Positions 36,942 through 46,315 are shown, counted from the stretch's first letter. The stretch is 64,000 bases of DNA from an uncultured Candidatus Saccharibacteria bacterium (GCA_964357395.1 CAYHLC010000004.1:920-64919); one strand, 5' to 3'. Made by a program: numbers and translations. Notes: generated by a model not told the origin, from the letters alone.

Positions 36942-37778
36942 ATGGACTACGAGCTACTCGACACCGGCGGGGAGGAGAAGTTGGAGCGGTATGGGGGTGT
37001 CATTGTGCGTCGCCCCGACCCGCAGGCACTGTGGGAGCGCTCACTGCCAAGTGAGAAGTGGGAGGCTGCCGACGCGACATTCCTCCGGAGAGGTGAGAAG
37101 GGGGACTGGACATTTGGTAAGCAGCTTCCATCGGCATGGCCGATTGAGTTCGGTGGCCTCACGTTTGAGATACGACTTACATCGTTCAAGCACACGGGCA
37201 TATTTCCTGAGCAGCTTGCTAACTGGGAGTGGGTTGCTCCGCATGCAAAAGGGGCGACAGTACTGAACTTGTTTGGGTACACCGGCGGTGCATCGCTCGC
37301 CGCAGCAAAGGCGGGCGCGAGTGTCACTCACATCGATGCCTCCAAGAGTGCTGTGGAGTGGGCACGCAAGAATGCGGAGCTGTCTAACCTATCTAGCGCA
37401 CCTATCCGCTGGATAGTCGAGGACACTATGAAATTCGTTGACCGCGATCTCAAGCGGGGGGCTAAGTATGACGGCATTATCCTGGACCCACCATCTTTCG
37501 GTCACGGACCTGACGGTGAGTTGTGGAAGATCGAGGAGGACTTAGTACCACTGATGCAGAAGTGTCGAGAGCTGCTATCAGACAAGCCGCGGTTCGTCGT
37601 TATGAATGGCTATGCTGCTGGCTACTCGCACCTCGCCTTCGAGCACCTATTGGGGCCAGTACAAAAATTCCACGGGGGATCCGTGGAGGGCGGGGAGCTA
37701 ACACTGCAGGAGACTGGACCGCTTATGCGCCTCCTCCCGTGTGGAATTTACGCCAGATGGTCCTCAAGTACACCATAA
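36942..37778 (+). CDS. class I SAM-dependent RNA methyltransferase (RlmI/RlmK-like)
   Basis: NLFGYTGGASL SAM-binding motif and ILDPPSFG motif. Confidence 0.7.
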   Translation: MDYELLDTGGEEKLERYGGVIVRRPDPQALWERSLPSEKWEAADATFLRRGEKGDWTFGKQLPSAWPIEFGGLTFEIRLTSFKHTGIFPEQLANWEWVAPHAKGATVLNLFGYTGGASLAAAKAGASVTHIDASKSAVEWARKNAELSNLSSAPIRWIVEDTMKFVDRDLKRGAKYDGIILDPPSFGHGPDGELWKIEEDLVPLMQKCRELLSDKPRFVVMNGYAAGYSHLAFEHLLGPVQKFHGGSVEGGELTLQETGPLMRLLPCGIYARWSSSTP

Positions 37779-38283
37779 GGAGGATTAGGAAGAGGAAGAG
37801 TGCAAAGGACATAAACGGGAAGGTCACAAAGCCCCACATCACGAATGTCGGCTCTGCGCAGTCAATCGGGTTGCCACTAGCTGGGCACGGGAGGAAGTCG
37901 AGGCCGCCCATCTGTATGTAGTGATGATAGAGCGCAACAAGTGCACCGAGCGCTGAAAGTGCGATGGAGTAGAGCGCAGCACGCTGGTCGCGGATGATAG
38001 CGGCAATCAGCAGTATGACTACTTGCGGGTAGAGGAACACTCGCTGCACCCAGCAGAGCGCGCACGGTGCTTGACCGAGGACCTCTGAGTAGTAGAGCGT
38101 AACCGCGCTCGCAGCTGCCGCGAGCAAGAATGCGAGCCAGAGTCCGTATGAGCTGAAGAGTCGCTCTTTCCATGCGGGTACCAATGATGGCAGAGCAATC
38201 GCGAGCAGTAGTCCGAAGCAGCCCAGCACCAATACGACTGTTCCGTATGAGGCAAGTAGGTTGGTGAGCTCGAGGCCGGGCAT
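37723..38283 (-). CDS. DsbB/BdbC-like disulfide bond formation membrane protein
   Basis: PCALCWVQR CxxC in the first periplasmic loop. Second Cys pair (LPCPASGNPIDC). Four TM helices. Confidence 0.65.
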   Translation of the reverse strand: MPGLELTNLLASYGTVVLVLGCFGLLLAIALPSLVPAWKERLFSSYGLWLAFLLAAAASAVTLYYSEVLGQAPCALCWVQRVFLYPQVVILLIAAIIRDQRAALYSIALSALGALVALYHHYIQMGGLDFLPCPASGNPIDCAEPTFVMWGFVTFPFMSFALFLFLILLMVYLRTIWRKFHTGGGA

Positions 38284-38285
38284 GA

Positions 38286-38678
38286 CTAGATAGGGAGTGC
38301 GCAGCTGGTCTTCTCAGCGAGTGTCGCAAGCGGGATCTCGCCGGTCGAGGTCGAGTGGTCAGCAAATACCCACGTTGGGTAGTTGTTGATACCGAGGTTC
38401 TGGCAGGCAGGAAGCTGACTGTTGCCGTCTGGGGTCGAGCACTCTATGTATGGCAACTTGTCTACAGCGTCTCCGAACATCTCTTTCTGTGCCTTGCAGT
38501 GCGGGCACCACCACGCGCCAAAGAAGGTGGCACCGGAGTCCTTGATACAGGTAGCGAGTTCGGTGTACTTGCCAGCGGGGACATCGGTAGCAATTTCGGT
38601 TGTTGGTGCGAAGACAAAGATGCCTATTGCGGCGACGATAAGGACGCCAACGACACCCAATATGATTTTCTGTTCCAT
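38286..38678 (-). CDS. thioredoxin-like thiol:disulfide oxidoreductase (membrane-anchored)
   Basis: WCPHCKAQ active site. N-terminal TM. Adjacent to the dsbB-like gene. Confidence 0.7.
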   Translation of the reverse strand: MEQKIILGVVGVLIVAAIGIFVFAPTTEIATDVPAGKYTELATCIKDSGATFFGAWWCPHCKAQKEMFGDAVDKLPYIECSTPDGNSQLPACQNLGINNYPTWVFADHSTSTGEIPLATLAEKTSCALPI

Positions 38679-38686
38679 GGCAGCTA

Positions 38687-39712
38687 GTGTACCATAACGA
38701 CATGAGTTTTTGGGATACCTTGCAGAAGCCGATTTTTGCGCTTGCGCCACTTGCGGACGTGACTGACGCGGCGTTCCGTCGCCTCATTGCCAAGTACTCC
38801 AAACTGAGTGAGATCGGATCTCACTCAGTGCCGTACATCACCTGGACCGAGTTCGTCTCCGCCGACGGCCTCGCGCTCGCGCCCGAGGAGGGGAGGAAGA
38901 AGTTGCTTGCAGACCTTATATATACCGAAGCAGAGCGGCCCATCATCGCGCAGTTCTTTAGTGCATCGCCAAAGAATATGGAGCACGCAGCAGCGCTTGC
39001 GCGAGAACTTGGCTTCGATGGCGTCGACATCAATATGGGCTGCCCGGACAAGAGTATAGAGAAGCAGGGTGCGGGCGCCGCACATATTAAGAATCCAGGA
39101 CTCGCGCAGGAGGTGATAGCAGCAGCTAAGCAGGGTGCGGGCGACTTGCCGGTATCGGTTAAGACTCGCCTCGGATACAACAAAGACGAGTTAGATGAGT
39201 GGCTACCCAAGCTGCTCGCGGCCAAGCCCGCCGCTGTTACTATCCATGCACGAACGCGCAAGGAGATGTCGCTGGTCCCTGCCCGTTGGGAGCGAGTCGC
39301 CCGCGCCGTGGAGATCAGGAATGAACAGAGCTCGGACGCACTCATCCTAGGCAATGGCGACCTGAAAGATGTTGCAGACGCGACGGCCAAAGTTGCAGAG
39401 TCAGGGGCAGATGGCGCCATGCTTGGCCGCGCCATCTTTGGTAACCCGTGGCTGTTTTCTGAGCGAGGTCCGACCTCACTCAGAGAGAGGTTGGAGGTTA
39501 TGGTTGAGCATACAAAGCTCTATGAGGAACTGCTCATGCACCCCTCGAGCGGCCTCGGGGCAGGCAAGAGCTTTTCCATAATGAAAAAGCACTACAAAGC
39601 CTACGTCTCTGGCTTCGATGGCGCCGCCGAACTCCGCGCAGAGCTGATGAATGCGAAGGACGCTCGTGAGGTCGAAGTGGTAGTGGAGGCATACTTGACA
39701 AAATCACATTAA
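38687..39712 (+). CDS. dus: tRNA-dihydrouridine synthase
   Basis: Dus family: FALAPLADVTDAAFRRL, TIM-barrel FMN motifs, catalytic Cys (MGCP). Confidence 0.85.
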   Translation: MYHNDMSFWDTLQKPIFALAPLADVTDAAFRRLIAKYSKLSEIGSHSVPYITWTEFVSADGLALAPEEGRKKLLADLIYTEAERPIIAQFFSASPKNMEHAAALARELGFDGVDINMGCPDKSIEKQGAGAAHIKNPGLAQEVIAAAKQGAGDLPVSVKTRLGYNKDELDEWLPKLLAAKPAAVTIHARTRKEMSLVPARWERVARAVEIRNEQSSDALILGNGDLKDVADATAKVAESGADGAMLGRAIFGNPWLFSERGPTSLRERLEVMVEHTKLYEELLMHPSSGLGAGKSFSIMKKHYKAYVSGFDGAAELRAELMNAKDAREVEVVVEAYLTKSH

Positions 39713-39727
39713 AGTGTAGTATACTCA

Positions 39728-39994
39728 TTGTTACAATTTATATACCGAGACATGTCATTTAACTACGCAAAAGAGGTTTCGAAGAGAAAGACAGCCACGT
39801 GGGGTATGGCGATTATCGCCGCCGCGGTGCTTGGTGCGAATGTGCTTGCTGGTTTTGATTCAGAGGCAATCGATCCAGAAGTGCTCAATAAGGGTAGCGT
39901 TCTTGGCTTAGTGCTCGCTGTGTTACTTGGCATAAAAGCGTCAGTCCATAACATTAAAATCCGCTCGTGGGTGTTTGGTGGGCATAGAAATTAG
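39728..39994 (+). CDS. small hypothetical membrane protein
   Basis: ORF with two hydrophobic helices. Confidence 0.35.
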   Translation: MLQFIYRDMSFNYAKEVSKRKTATWGMAIIAAAVLGANVLAGFDSEAIDPEVLNKGSVLGLVLAVLLGIKASVHNIKIRSWVFGGHRN

Positions 39995-40001
39995 GTAAGC
40001 C

Positions 40002-40030
40002 AAAACCGCCCCAATGGGGCGGTTTTTTGT
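40002..40030 (+). terminator. rho-independent terminator
   Basis: aaaaccgccccaatggggcggttttttg. Confidence 0.8.
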
Positions 40031-40370
40031 TTTGGGGATAAGTGGCTTACTTCGCACACCGCACTTTCTTGACAGCGCGTACTGTCGGGAGTAGCTTGTG
40101 AGCTATGGTAGAAACTGAGAGGCATCCAAAAGCAGAAGAGGTAGTCCCAACAGAGCCGAGTTATGCAATTCCGAGAGCAATTTTTCTTGCGGGACTTCTG
40201 GGAGTGGAAGAGGTGATGATCAATGGATTTGGCCTTGGGACACTAGTTACCATGGCCGCGGGATCATTTTAAGTGGATAACGTTCTTGTAGTTAATGCGG
40301 GGGTGCTACATTGCTCCTAACGTATGAAGTACTTACACAAACTAAAGTACTCCATGCGGGTCGCATTTCT

Positions 40371-40397
40371 AATCCCTCTCTCGAGGGATTTTTTATT
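40371..40397 (+). terminator. rho-independent terminator inside a gene-poor region
   Basis: aatccctc-tctc-gagggatt followed by T6. Confidence 0.6.
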
Positions 40398-40544
40398 ACT
40401 AACCTAAAATATGACACTCTTCACAGACCCCATCGACCCAAACGACTCAGTCCCTAGGCAGGACCACAGTGGAGCAGAATTACTTGTTGATTGCATGCTC
40501 GGTATGGCGGCGCTCTTCGCTGCGATTTGGGCGGCTAGCAGCGT

Positions 40545-40772
40545 ATGAGTTTATTCGAAGTAGGCAAGCGGCTGATCCTCCGTGGTCCTACATCAAAGGA
40601 GGACAAGCCGGACGTTGACGGGACTATAGTTGGTAGGAACGAGCACGGGCTCCTCTTGGTGCAGGAATCGGGGCGGGACAAGCCCACGCCAGTCAACATT
40701 CATGGCGGGTGGACCTTCATCACCGTCGCTACAGTTGCATTAGTTGTTGTAGCGCTCGCCCGCGCGGCATAA
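40545..40772 (+). CDS. small hypothetical protein
   Basis: ORF only. C-terminal hydrophobic helix. Confidence 0.3.
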   Translation: MSLFEVGKRLILRGPTSKEDKPDVDGTIVGRNEHGLLLVQESGRDKPTPVNIHGGWTFITVATVALVVVALARAA

Positions 40773-40774
40773 GT

Positions 40775-41473
40775 ATGCAGAAACTAGAACTGCAGCAGCC
40801 TAGGTCCACGATCGAGAGTAGCCAGGAGCTCGTGCGGTTTCGGGCGGCGCACGCACTCTACGACGCAGGTTGCGTCAGCTTCCATTTCGAGAGCGGCATC
40901 GAGCACAGGTCCGGGATACAAGCGCCGATATACATTAATGTACGGCAGGTGATGGGCAACCCAAGCGCGTACGCTGAGATGCGCGGGCTGCTGTACCAGT
41001 ATGCGCTCGCAGTGGATCTGAAACCAGACGTCATCCTCGGAGTTGCTACCGGCGGGCAGTGGGTGTCCCAAGTCCTTGCGGAATTCCTGCTCCTCCCATT
41101 CGGGTTTGTACGACCCACTGCCAAAGATCATGGGCAGAAGAAGCAGGTCGAAGGCTGCGATGTGTGGGGCAAGGAGGTCTTGGTAGTCGAGGATGTGGTC
41201 AACCTCGGTACCTCATCCTTGCCGGCGGTCGAGGCGGTGCGGAAGGAGGGCGGGGTGGTGTCAGAAGTGCTGGCGATTGTGACCTACGGCTACACCAAAA
41301 CCATAGAGCAGTTCGCCGAGGCGGGCCTGAGACTAAGAACGCTAACCACTATCCCCGACATAGTGGAGGTGGGGGTCGCTCGCGGCGTCGCCCGCGGTGG
41401 GTTGTCGCGCGCCGACGCCGACAAGGTCCTGCAGTGGCTCGCGGAGCAGGATGCAAATAACAAAAATGTATGA
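40775..41473 (+). CDS. type I phosphoribosyltransferase (orotate PRTase-like)
   Basis: PRPP-binding loop VLVVEDVVNLGTS. Confidence 0.7.
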   Translation: MQKLELQQPRSTIESSQELVRFRAAHALYDAGCVSFHFESGIEHRSGIQAPIYINVRQVMGNPSAYAEMRGLLYQYALAVDLKPDVILGVATGGQWVSQVLAEFLLLPFGFVRPTAKDHGQKKQVEGCDVWGKEVLVVEDVVNLGTSSLPAVEAVRKEGGVVSEVLAIVTYGYTKTIEQFAEAGLRLRTLTTIPDIVEVGVARGVARGGLSRADADKVLQWLAEQDANNKNV

Positions 41474-41487
41474 TTACATGAGCACCG

Positions 41488-41670
41488 ATGGCACAGCGAC
41501 TTGAGGAGTACCCCCATAACCCCGACCTCACCGTAGGCCAGCAGATCGAGCTTCGTGAGGCGATAGACACTGCGCGAGGAAAGATGTACCGAGCCAAAAC
41601 ACGTGAGCAGGCATTGCTTTGGGGCTTTCTTGCCACCTTTCTAGTTGGTGTTTTGGGCTACCACTACTAG
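41488..41670 (+). CDS. small hypothetical membrane protein
   Basis: ORF only. Confidence 0.3.
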   Translation: MAQRLEEYPHNPDLTVGQQIELREAIDTARGKMYRAKTREQALLWGFLATFLVGVLGYHY

Positions 41671-41707
41671 TAACGCTCAGATTTTTGGTTTGCTATAGTT
41701 AGGTGCA

Positions 41708-42736
41708 ATGGCAGAGCTCGCTCTCTATCGGAAGTACCGACCAGCATCCTTTAAGGACGTGGTGGGGCAGGACCATGTGGTCAAGGCCCTGCAAGGCGCC
41801 CTTAAGGAGGGTAACGCCCAGCATGCATACCTCTTCTTTGGCTCCCGTGGGACAGGCAAGACGTCTGTCGCGCGCATCTTTGGGAGGGAGCTTGGGGCAT
41901 CGGAAGCGGACATCCACGAGATAGACGCTGCTACCTATACCGGCGTCGACAATATCCGAGCCCTCCGCGAGGAGGCCGCCGTCATGCCGTTCGAGTCCAA
42001 GGTCAAGGTGTACATCGTCGACGAGGTGCACATGCTCTCCAAAGGAGCCTTCAATGCTTTTCTTAAATTATTGGAGGAACCACCATCCCACGTCACGTTT
42101 ATTCTTGCGACAACTGAGTTAGAGAAGGTCCCGGACACTATCCAGTCGCGCTGCCAGGTCTTCACCTTCAAAAAGCCAACGGCAAAAGCCCTAGCCGAAA
42201 CCGTGACAGCGGTAGCGAAGGCAGAGGGCTTTACTATTGAAAAAGCGTCAGCGGAGCTGATAGCGCTCCTTGCGGACGGATCGTTCCGCGACTCACAGTC
42301 CATTTTGCAGAAAATTCTTTCCGCTTCTTCTGACAAGAAGGTGAGTATCGAGGAGGTAGTACTCGTAACTGGTGCGCCACGCTCGGAGATTATCGAGCGC
42401 ATTATTGCAGGGCTCAATATAGGGAAGGCCGATGGAGCATTGACGGCGGTAGGCGAGGCAGTGAAGGCTGCCTCGGATATGGCGGTCCTCCTCATGATAC
42501 TCATCGACCGGGTGCGGATGCTCCTTATGCTCCGCTACGCCCCCGCGCTTGGCGCCGAGATGATAGCGGACCTGACCGACACAGACCAGAAGTTCTTGAC
42601 TGATCTTGCCAAGGACGCAGCGTCCAAGATCAATTCAGAAACACTGCGCAAGCTCCTCGTAGCAAATATCGAGACCACCCGCTCGCCCGTGCCCCAGTTG
42701 CCCCTCGAGTTGGCAATAATGGAACTCGCTGTGTAG
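41708..42736 (+). CDS. dnaX: DNA polymerase III subunit gamma/tau (short form)
   Basis: KYRPASFKDVVGQ and Walker A GSRGTGKTS. DEVHML Walker B. Sensor motifs. Confidence 0.8.
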   Translation: MAELALYRKYRPASFKDVVGQDHVVKALQGALKEGNAQHAYLFFGSRGTGKTSVARIFGRELGASEADIHEIDAATYTGVDNIRALREEAAVMPFESKVKVYIVDEVHMLSKGAFNAFLKLLEEPPSHVTFILATTELEKVPDTIQSRCQVFTFKKPTAKALAETVTAVAKAEGFTIEKASAELIALLADGSFRDSQSILQKILSASSDKKVSIEEVVLVTGAPRSEIIERIIAGLNIGKADGALTAVGEAVKAASDMAVLLMILIDRVRMLLMLRYAPALGAEMIADLTDTDQKFLTDLAKDAASKINSETLRKLLVANIETTRSPVPQLPLELAIMELAV

Positions 42737-42801
42737 TGTCAGAATCGCGCACTGTATACGTTATATACTTAGGGCATAGCCCTTTAGCAGTTATATATCT
42801 T

Positions 42802-43470
42802 ATGAAAACACTAGTACTCGCAACTCTTTTAGCAATCGCAGTTTTTCCAGTCTCAGCTGGGGCAGTCTCGCTCTACGGCGAGACGAAGACCACGGCCGAG
42901 GTTGAGGTTATCAATGTCCAAGTCGGAGCAACCACTACTGTGGAGACCGGCTCGTCAGGCTCGACCAAGGTCGAGACTCCAAGCGGAACCGTAGTAGAGG
43001 TCGACCGAAGCGGCGATCAAAAGGCAGTAGTCACCGTTATGCATAAAGAGGGCGCCGAGGCAGATGCTGCAAAGGCGGCTATCGAGGCAGTCGTAAAGAT
43101 GAACGGCAATGTCCGGGCTGTCGATATCGACGCTGACGGCACAGTCGATGTGGCCTATGTCCACAAGGGTTGGCTATTCGGATTTATCCCCGTATCCATC
43201 ACTTCGCAGACTTCAATTAACGCAGCTGCAGCAGGGTCTGAGCGCGTTATGGTTAAGCTCCCTTGGTGGAAGGCCTTTGTGAGTGGACTGGCCGGCCTGG
43301 AGGTCGATGCCGAGCAGTCGATAGATGCTGACGCGACGATCCAGGCAAACGCCAAGGTCGATGCAAATGCAGAGGCACATGCTCGCCTCGTCGAGGCCAT
43401 TGTCTCGTCCCTCGCAACTGTCGACGCCAAGATCAAGGCCTCGTACGACTTGAAGGCAAACACGAAATAA
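42802..43470 (+). CDS. secreted hypothetical protein
   Basis: Signal peptide MKTLVLATLLAIAVFPVSAGA. Ala/Val/Asp-rich. Confidence 0.45.
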   Translation: MKTLVLATLLAIAVFPVSAGAVSLYGETKTTAEVEVINVQVGATTTVETGSSGSTKVETPSGTVVEVDRSGDQKAVVTVMHKEGAEADAAKAAIEAVVKMNGNVRAVDIDADGTVDVAYVHKGWLFGFIPVSITSQTSINAAAAGSERVMVKLPWWKAFVSGLAGLEVDAEQSIDADATIQANAKVDANAEAHARLVEAIVSSLATVDAKIKASYDLKANTK

Positions 43471-43646
43471 CGGAAATAGCTTGTAACAGCGCGAGCGGTA
43501 GCTCGTTAGAGTAAGCGTGGCTTGGGTAACCTCGTCACGCTTATTACTTACTTACACAATTGTCTATGAAAATGCTTTATCAAATTCCGCTGACCTGTTA
43601 GACAGTATTCCGAAGAGCGCCCCAGAGGGCGCTTTTCTCTTATACC

Positions 43647-43670
43647 CTAATTCGCGCGAATAAGAGAATA
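43647..43670 (+). promoter_or_regulatory. 24-bp element ctaattcgcgcgaataagagaata (copy 1) containing the perfect palindrome ATTCGCGCGAAT; putative operator/promoter
   Basis: Exact duplicate at 43969-43992. A -10-like tatagt follows it. Confidence 0.55.
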
Positions 43671-43685
43671 GGGTATAGTGTGCGT

Positions 43686-43952
43686 ATGGCTACCGACAAA
43701 GAGTCAGAGCGCACGTATAAGGCAGTTGCCAACCGGCGTCGCATCGCGATCCTCCGTCACCTGCACTCTGGCGGCGCAACGGTGGGCGAGTTGGCCAGGG
43801 CAATCCGCCTCTCAGTCAAGGCAACTTCGAAGCATATGCAGATCCTTGCTGCGAGCGGTTTTGTCCAGTCGGAACAGCAAGGTTTGTATGTTCACTACTC
43901 GCTTGGTGCGCACTCCGAGACTCAACGTATCCTGAAGAATCTCTTCCACTAG
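43686..43952 (+). CDS. ArsR/SmtB-family transcriptional regulator
   Basis: RRRIAILRHL...VGELARAIRLSVKATSKHMQILAASGFV HTH. Confidence 0.8.
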   Translation: MATDKESERTYKAVANRRRIAILRHLHSGGATVGELARAIRLSVKATSKHMQILAASGFVQSEQQGLYVHYSLGAHSETQRILKNLFH

Positions 43953-43968
43953 CGTACCCTGTTCACTC

Positions 43969-43992
43969 TCTAATTCGCGCGAATAAGAGAAT
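43969..43992 (+). promoter_or_regulatory. 24-bp element copy 2 (identical), upstream of tRNA-Gln
   Basis: See copy 1. Confidence 0.55.
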
Positions 43993-44033
43993 ATAGGGAT
44001 TGGCTGCCGGGACGTGGTATATTCATGTCGTAT

Positions 44034-44104
44034 TGGGGGATCGTCTAACGGTAGGACAGCGGCCTTTGAAGCCGTTAATTGGGGTTCGATTCCCTGTCCC
44101 CCAG
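44034..44104 (+). tRNA. tRNA-Gln (anticodon UUG); no encoded CCA
   Basis: Hand-folded cloverleaf. Acceptor TGGGGGA/TCCCCCA, D-stem GTC/GAC, anticodon stem-loop GCGGC-CTTTGAA-GCCGT, T-arm with TTCGATT loop. Resembles E. coli tRNA-Gln. Confidence 0.8.
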
Positions 44105-44216
44105 CTATGAAAGTCAGTTTCCAGTTCCTTTGGTACGACTTTTGGGTAGGGTGGTACTACGACCGCGCGAACAAGGTTCTTTACATATGCCCACTGCCCA
44201 TGTGTGTAATCAAAAT

Positions 44217-44471
44217 ATGGCGAGCATAAAAGAACTGTTGATGCGGGAGTGGGAGGTAGCGCTGCATGCACAGAGCTTGGAGTTCCGGCTCGCCAAGTAC
44301 ATTATCCTTACCGGCTTCATAGGTTTTGTGTACTGGCTCGGCGGGTGGAGCGCTACGTGGCAGACGCTCGTAATCCTACTCGTCGTAGCGCTTTTCGTAC
44401 ATTTCTTTTACCGCTATATGACAAATGCCTGGAGCAGGGCGTGGGGCGGCTACACACCTCGCATCAAATAA
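44217..44471 (+). CDS. small hypothetical membrane protein
   Basis: ORF with two TM helices. Confidence 0.4.
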   Translation: MASIKELLMREWEVALHAQSLEFRLAKYIILTGFIGFVYWLGGWSATWQTLVILLVVALFVHFFYRYMTNAWSRAWGGYTPRIK

Positions 44472-44493
44472 CTCGGAGAGATATACTGCAGGC

Positions 44494-45138
44494 ATGAAGA
44501 TAACAAAGTTCGGACACTCGTGTTTGTTGATCGAAGAGAGTGGGGTACACCTGCTCACCGACCCAGGCTCGATGAACGAGGTGCCTGCGCCCGCGAAGCT
44601 GGATGCGATACTCATAACCCACGAGCATCAAGACCACTTCGACATCGACAAGATCAAGGCGCTCGTCGCTCTACACCCAGGCGTCGTCCTCATTACGCAC
44701 CCAGCTGTGGGCGCTAAGCTCGAGGAGGCAGGGCTCGCATACACACCTATAGAGCCTGGCGCAGCGGTCGAGGTTGGGGGAGTAACCGTCGAGAGCTATG
44801 GCACCGACCACGCCATTATTTATGGCGACACACCGCCGTGCCGCAACACCGGATACCTCATCGCAAATCGGCTGTTCATGCCGGGCGACGCGCTCCATGA
44901 TGTACCAGGGAAGCCGGTCGAGATACTGGCGCTCCCCACCGGTGGCCCGTGGATGAAGATGTCAGAAGCTGTCGACTATGCGAAGAGGGTACTGCCGAAA
45001 GTCGCCTTTCCGATTCATGACGCGATGTACAGTGACGACTATCGGCAGCGGGCGGTGCCGCGATGGATGGGCAACTTTCTGCCACCCGAGGTAACCTTCA
45101 AGAACCTGCTCCCGGGCGAAAGCGTCGACTTGGTATAA
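44494..45138 (+). CDS. MBL-fold metallo-hydrolase
   Basis: HxHxDH motif ILITHEHQDHFD and downstream His/Asp ligands. Confidence 0.75.
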   Translation: MKITKFGHSCLLIEESGVHLLTDPGSMNEVPAPAKLDAILITHEHQDHFDIDKIKALVALHPGVVLITHPAVGAKLEEAGLAYTPIEPGAAVEVGGVTVESYGTDHAIIYGDTPPCRNTGYLIANRLFMPGDALHDVPGKPVEILALPTGGPWMKMSEAVDYAKRVLPKVAFPIHDAMYSDDYRQRAVPRWMGNFLPPEVTFKNLLPGESVDLV

Positions 45139-45145
45139 TAGAAAC

Positions 45146-45589
45146 ATGAACAAGTACCTATGGGCAGCGGTCGCTATTGTGGTGATTATTGGGCTCTACA
45201 TATGGCTCCGGCCCGAGGCCTCGACTCCAACATCGCAGCCGGTGCAGTCCGAGCTCGTCGGTACTAGCTGGGAGTGGGAGTACGCTTTGTATAATGACGG
45301 GAGGGAGGTGCGGCCAGATGAGCCTGGGTCGTTCGTACTCACGTTCGCCGGCGACGGCCGATTCAGCGCAAAGACTGACTGCAACACTATGGGTGGCGCG
45401 TATGTCGCGGACCAAGTCGGCGTCACCTTCAACAGCATCGTATCGACCCTGATGTTTTGTGAGGGGTCGCAAGAAACTGAGTTCGTACAGCTTCTGGAGG
45501 GGACTGGCGGGCACCACTTTGGCCCCGAAGGCGAGCTCATCCTCGACCTGAAGTTCGACTCCGGTTCCGCAGTATTCCGCCCTAAATAA
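45146..45589 (+). CDS. META/HslJ-like domain protein (membrane-anchored)
   Basis: LVGTSWEW...FAGDGRFSAKTDCNTMGGAY...MFCEG pattern. Confidence 0.6.
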   Translation: MNKYLWAAVAIVVIIGLYIWLRPEASTPTSQPVQSELVGTSWEWEYALYNDGREVRPDEPGSFVLTFAGDGRFSAKTDCNTMGGAYVADQVGVTFNSIVSTLMFCEGSQETEFVQLLEGTGGHHFGPEGELILDLKFDSGSAVFRPK

Positions 45590-45595
45590 TCCGCA

Positions 45596-46024
45596 ATGAG
45601 TCAGATAACAGTAGAGGTAGAGGTGAGCGCGCCGATAGACAAGGTGTGGGAGTACTACACCAAACCGGAGCATATTACGAAGTGGGCCTTTGCGTCCGAC
45701 GACTGGCACTGCCCCCGCGCGACGAACGACCTCACTGTAGGCGGCAGGTTCGTAACCCGCATGGAGGAGGTGGATGGGGACGAAGGCTTCGACTTTTCTG
45801 GCACGTACACCGATGTTGTCCAGAATAAGCTCATCGCATACACCATGGACCAGGCCCCGGACGAGCTCTTGGCACGGAAGGCGCTTGTCACATTTGCTCC
45901 GCAGGGGAGTGGCACACATGTGGAGGTCAGTTTTGATCCTGAAACAGAAAACCCGCCCGAGGTCCAGCTCGCAGGCTGGCAAGCAATCCTAGACAACTTT
46001 AAAAATCACGTAGAGGGCGCTTAG
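45596..46024 (+). CDS. SRPBCC-family (AHSA1-like) protein
   Basis: IDKVWEYYTKPEHITKWA start typical of Aha1/SRPBCC. Confidence 0.7.
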   Translation: MSQITVEVEVSAPIDKVWEYYTKPEHITKWAFASDDWHCPRATNDLTVGGRFVTRMEEVDGDEGFDFSGTYTDVVQNKLIAYTMDQAPDELLARKALVTFAPQGSGTHVEVSFDPETENPPEVQLAGWQAILDNFKNHVEGA

Positions 46025-46025
46025 T

Positions 46026-46307
46026 ATGGACCTCGCTGAGCTCAAAAGTAAGCTTGCCGACGAAGGCTACCCACATATCTACGAGTGGCGCGATGCCCCC
46101 GGAGCTACATACCACGCTCATGCTCACAAAGATAAGGTCTCGATGTATATCCTTGAGGGGAGTGTCACATTTTCCTTTGCGGGCAAGGAGGTTGTGCTGA
46201 ATGCTGGGGACCACTTTGACGTCCCCGCTGGAGAGGAGCATACTGCAAAAGTTGGAGAGCAAGGTTGTTACTTTTTAGTAGGCGAGATGATAGAAGGAGA
46301 TTCATAA
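46026..46307 (+). CDS. cupin-domain protein
   Basis: YHAHAHKDKV...GEEH cupin motifs. Confidence 0.65.
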   Translation: MDLAELKSKLADEGYPHIYEWRDAPGATYHAHAHKDKVSMYILEGSVTFSFAGKEVVLNAGDHFDVPAGEEHTAKVGEQGCYFLVGEMIEGDS

Positions 46308-46315
46308 TAATAACT

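Noticed and set aside
38821-39435. 204-aa minus-strand ORF inside dus
   Set aside because: It is antisense to a conserved Dus TIM barrel.
44014-44229. 71-aa ORF spanning the tRNA-Gln region
   Set aside because: It overlaps a well-folded tRNA. The small membrane protein starts at the Met at 44217.
45158-45982. 274-aa minus-strand ORF across the META and SRPBCC genes
   Set aside because: It is antisense to two recognisable domain proteins.
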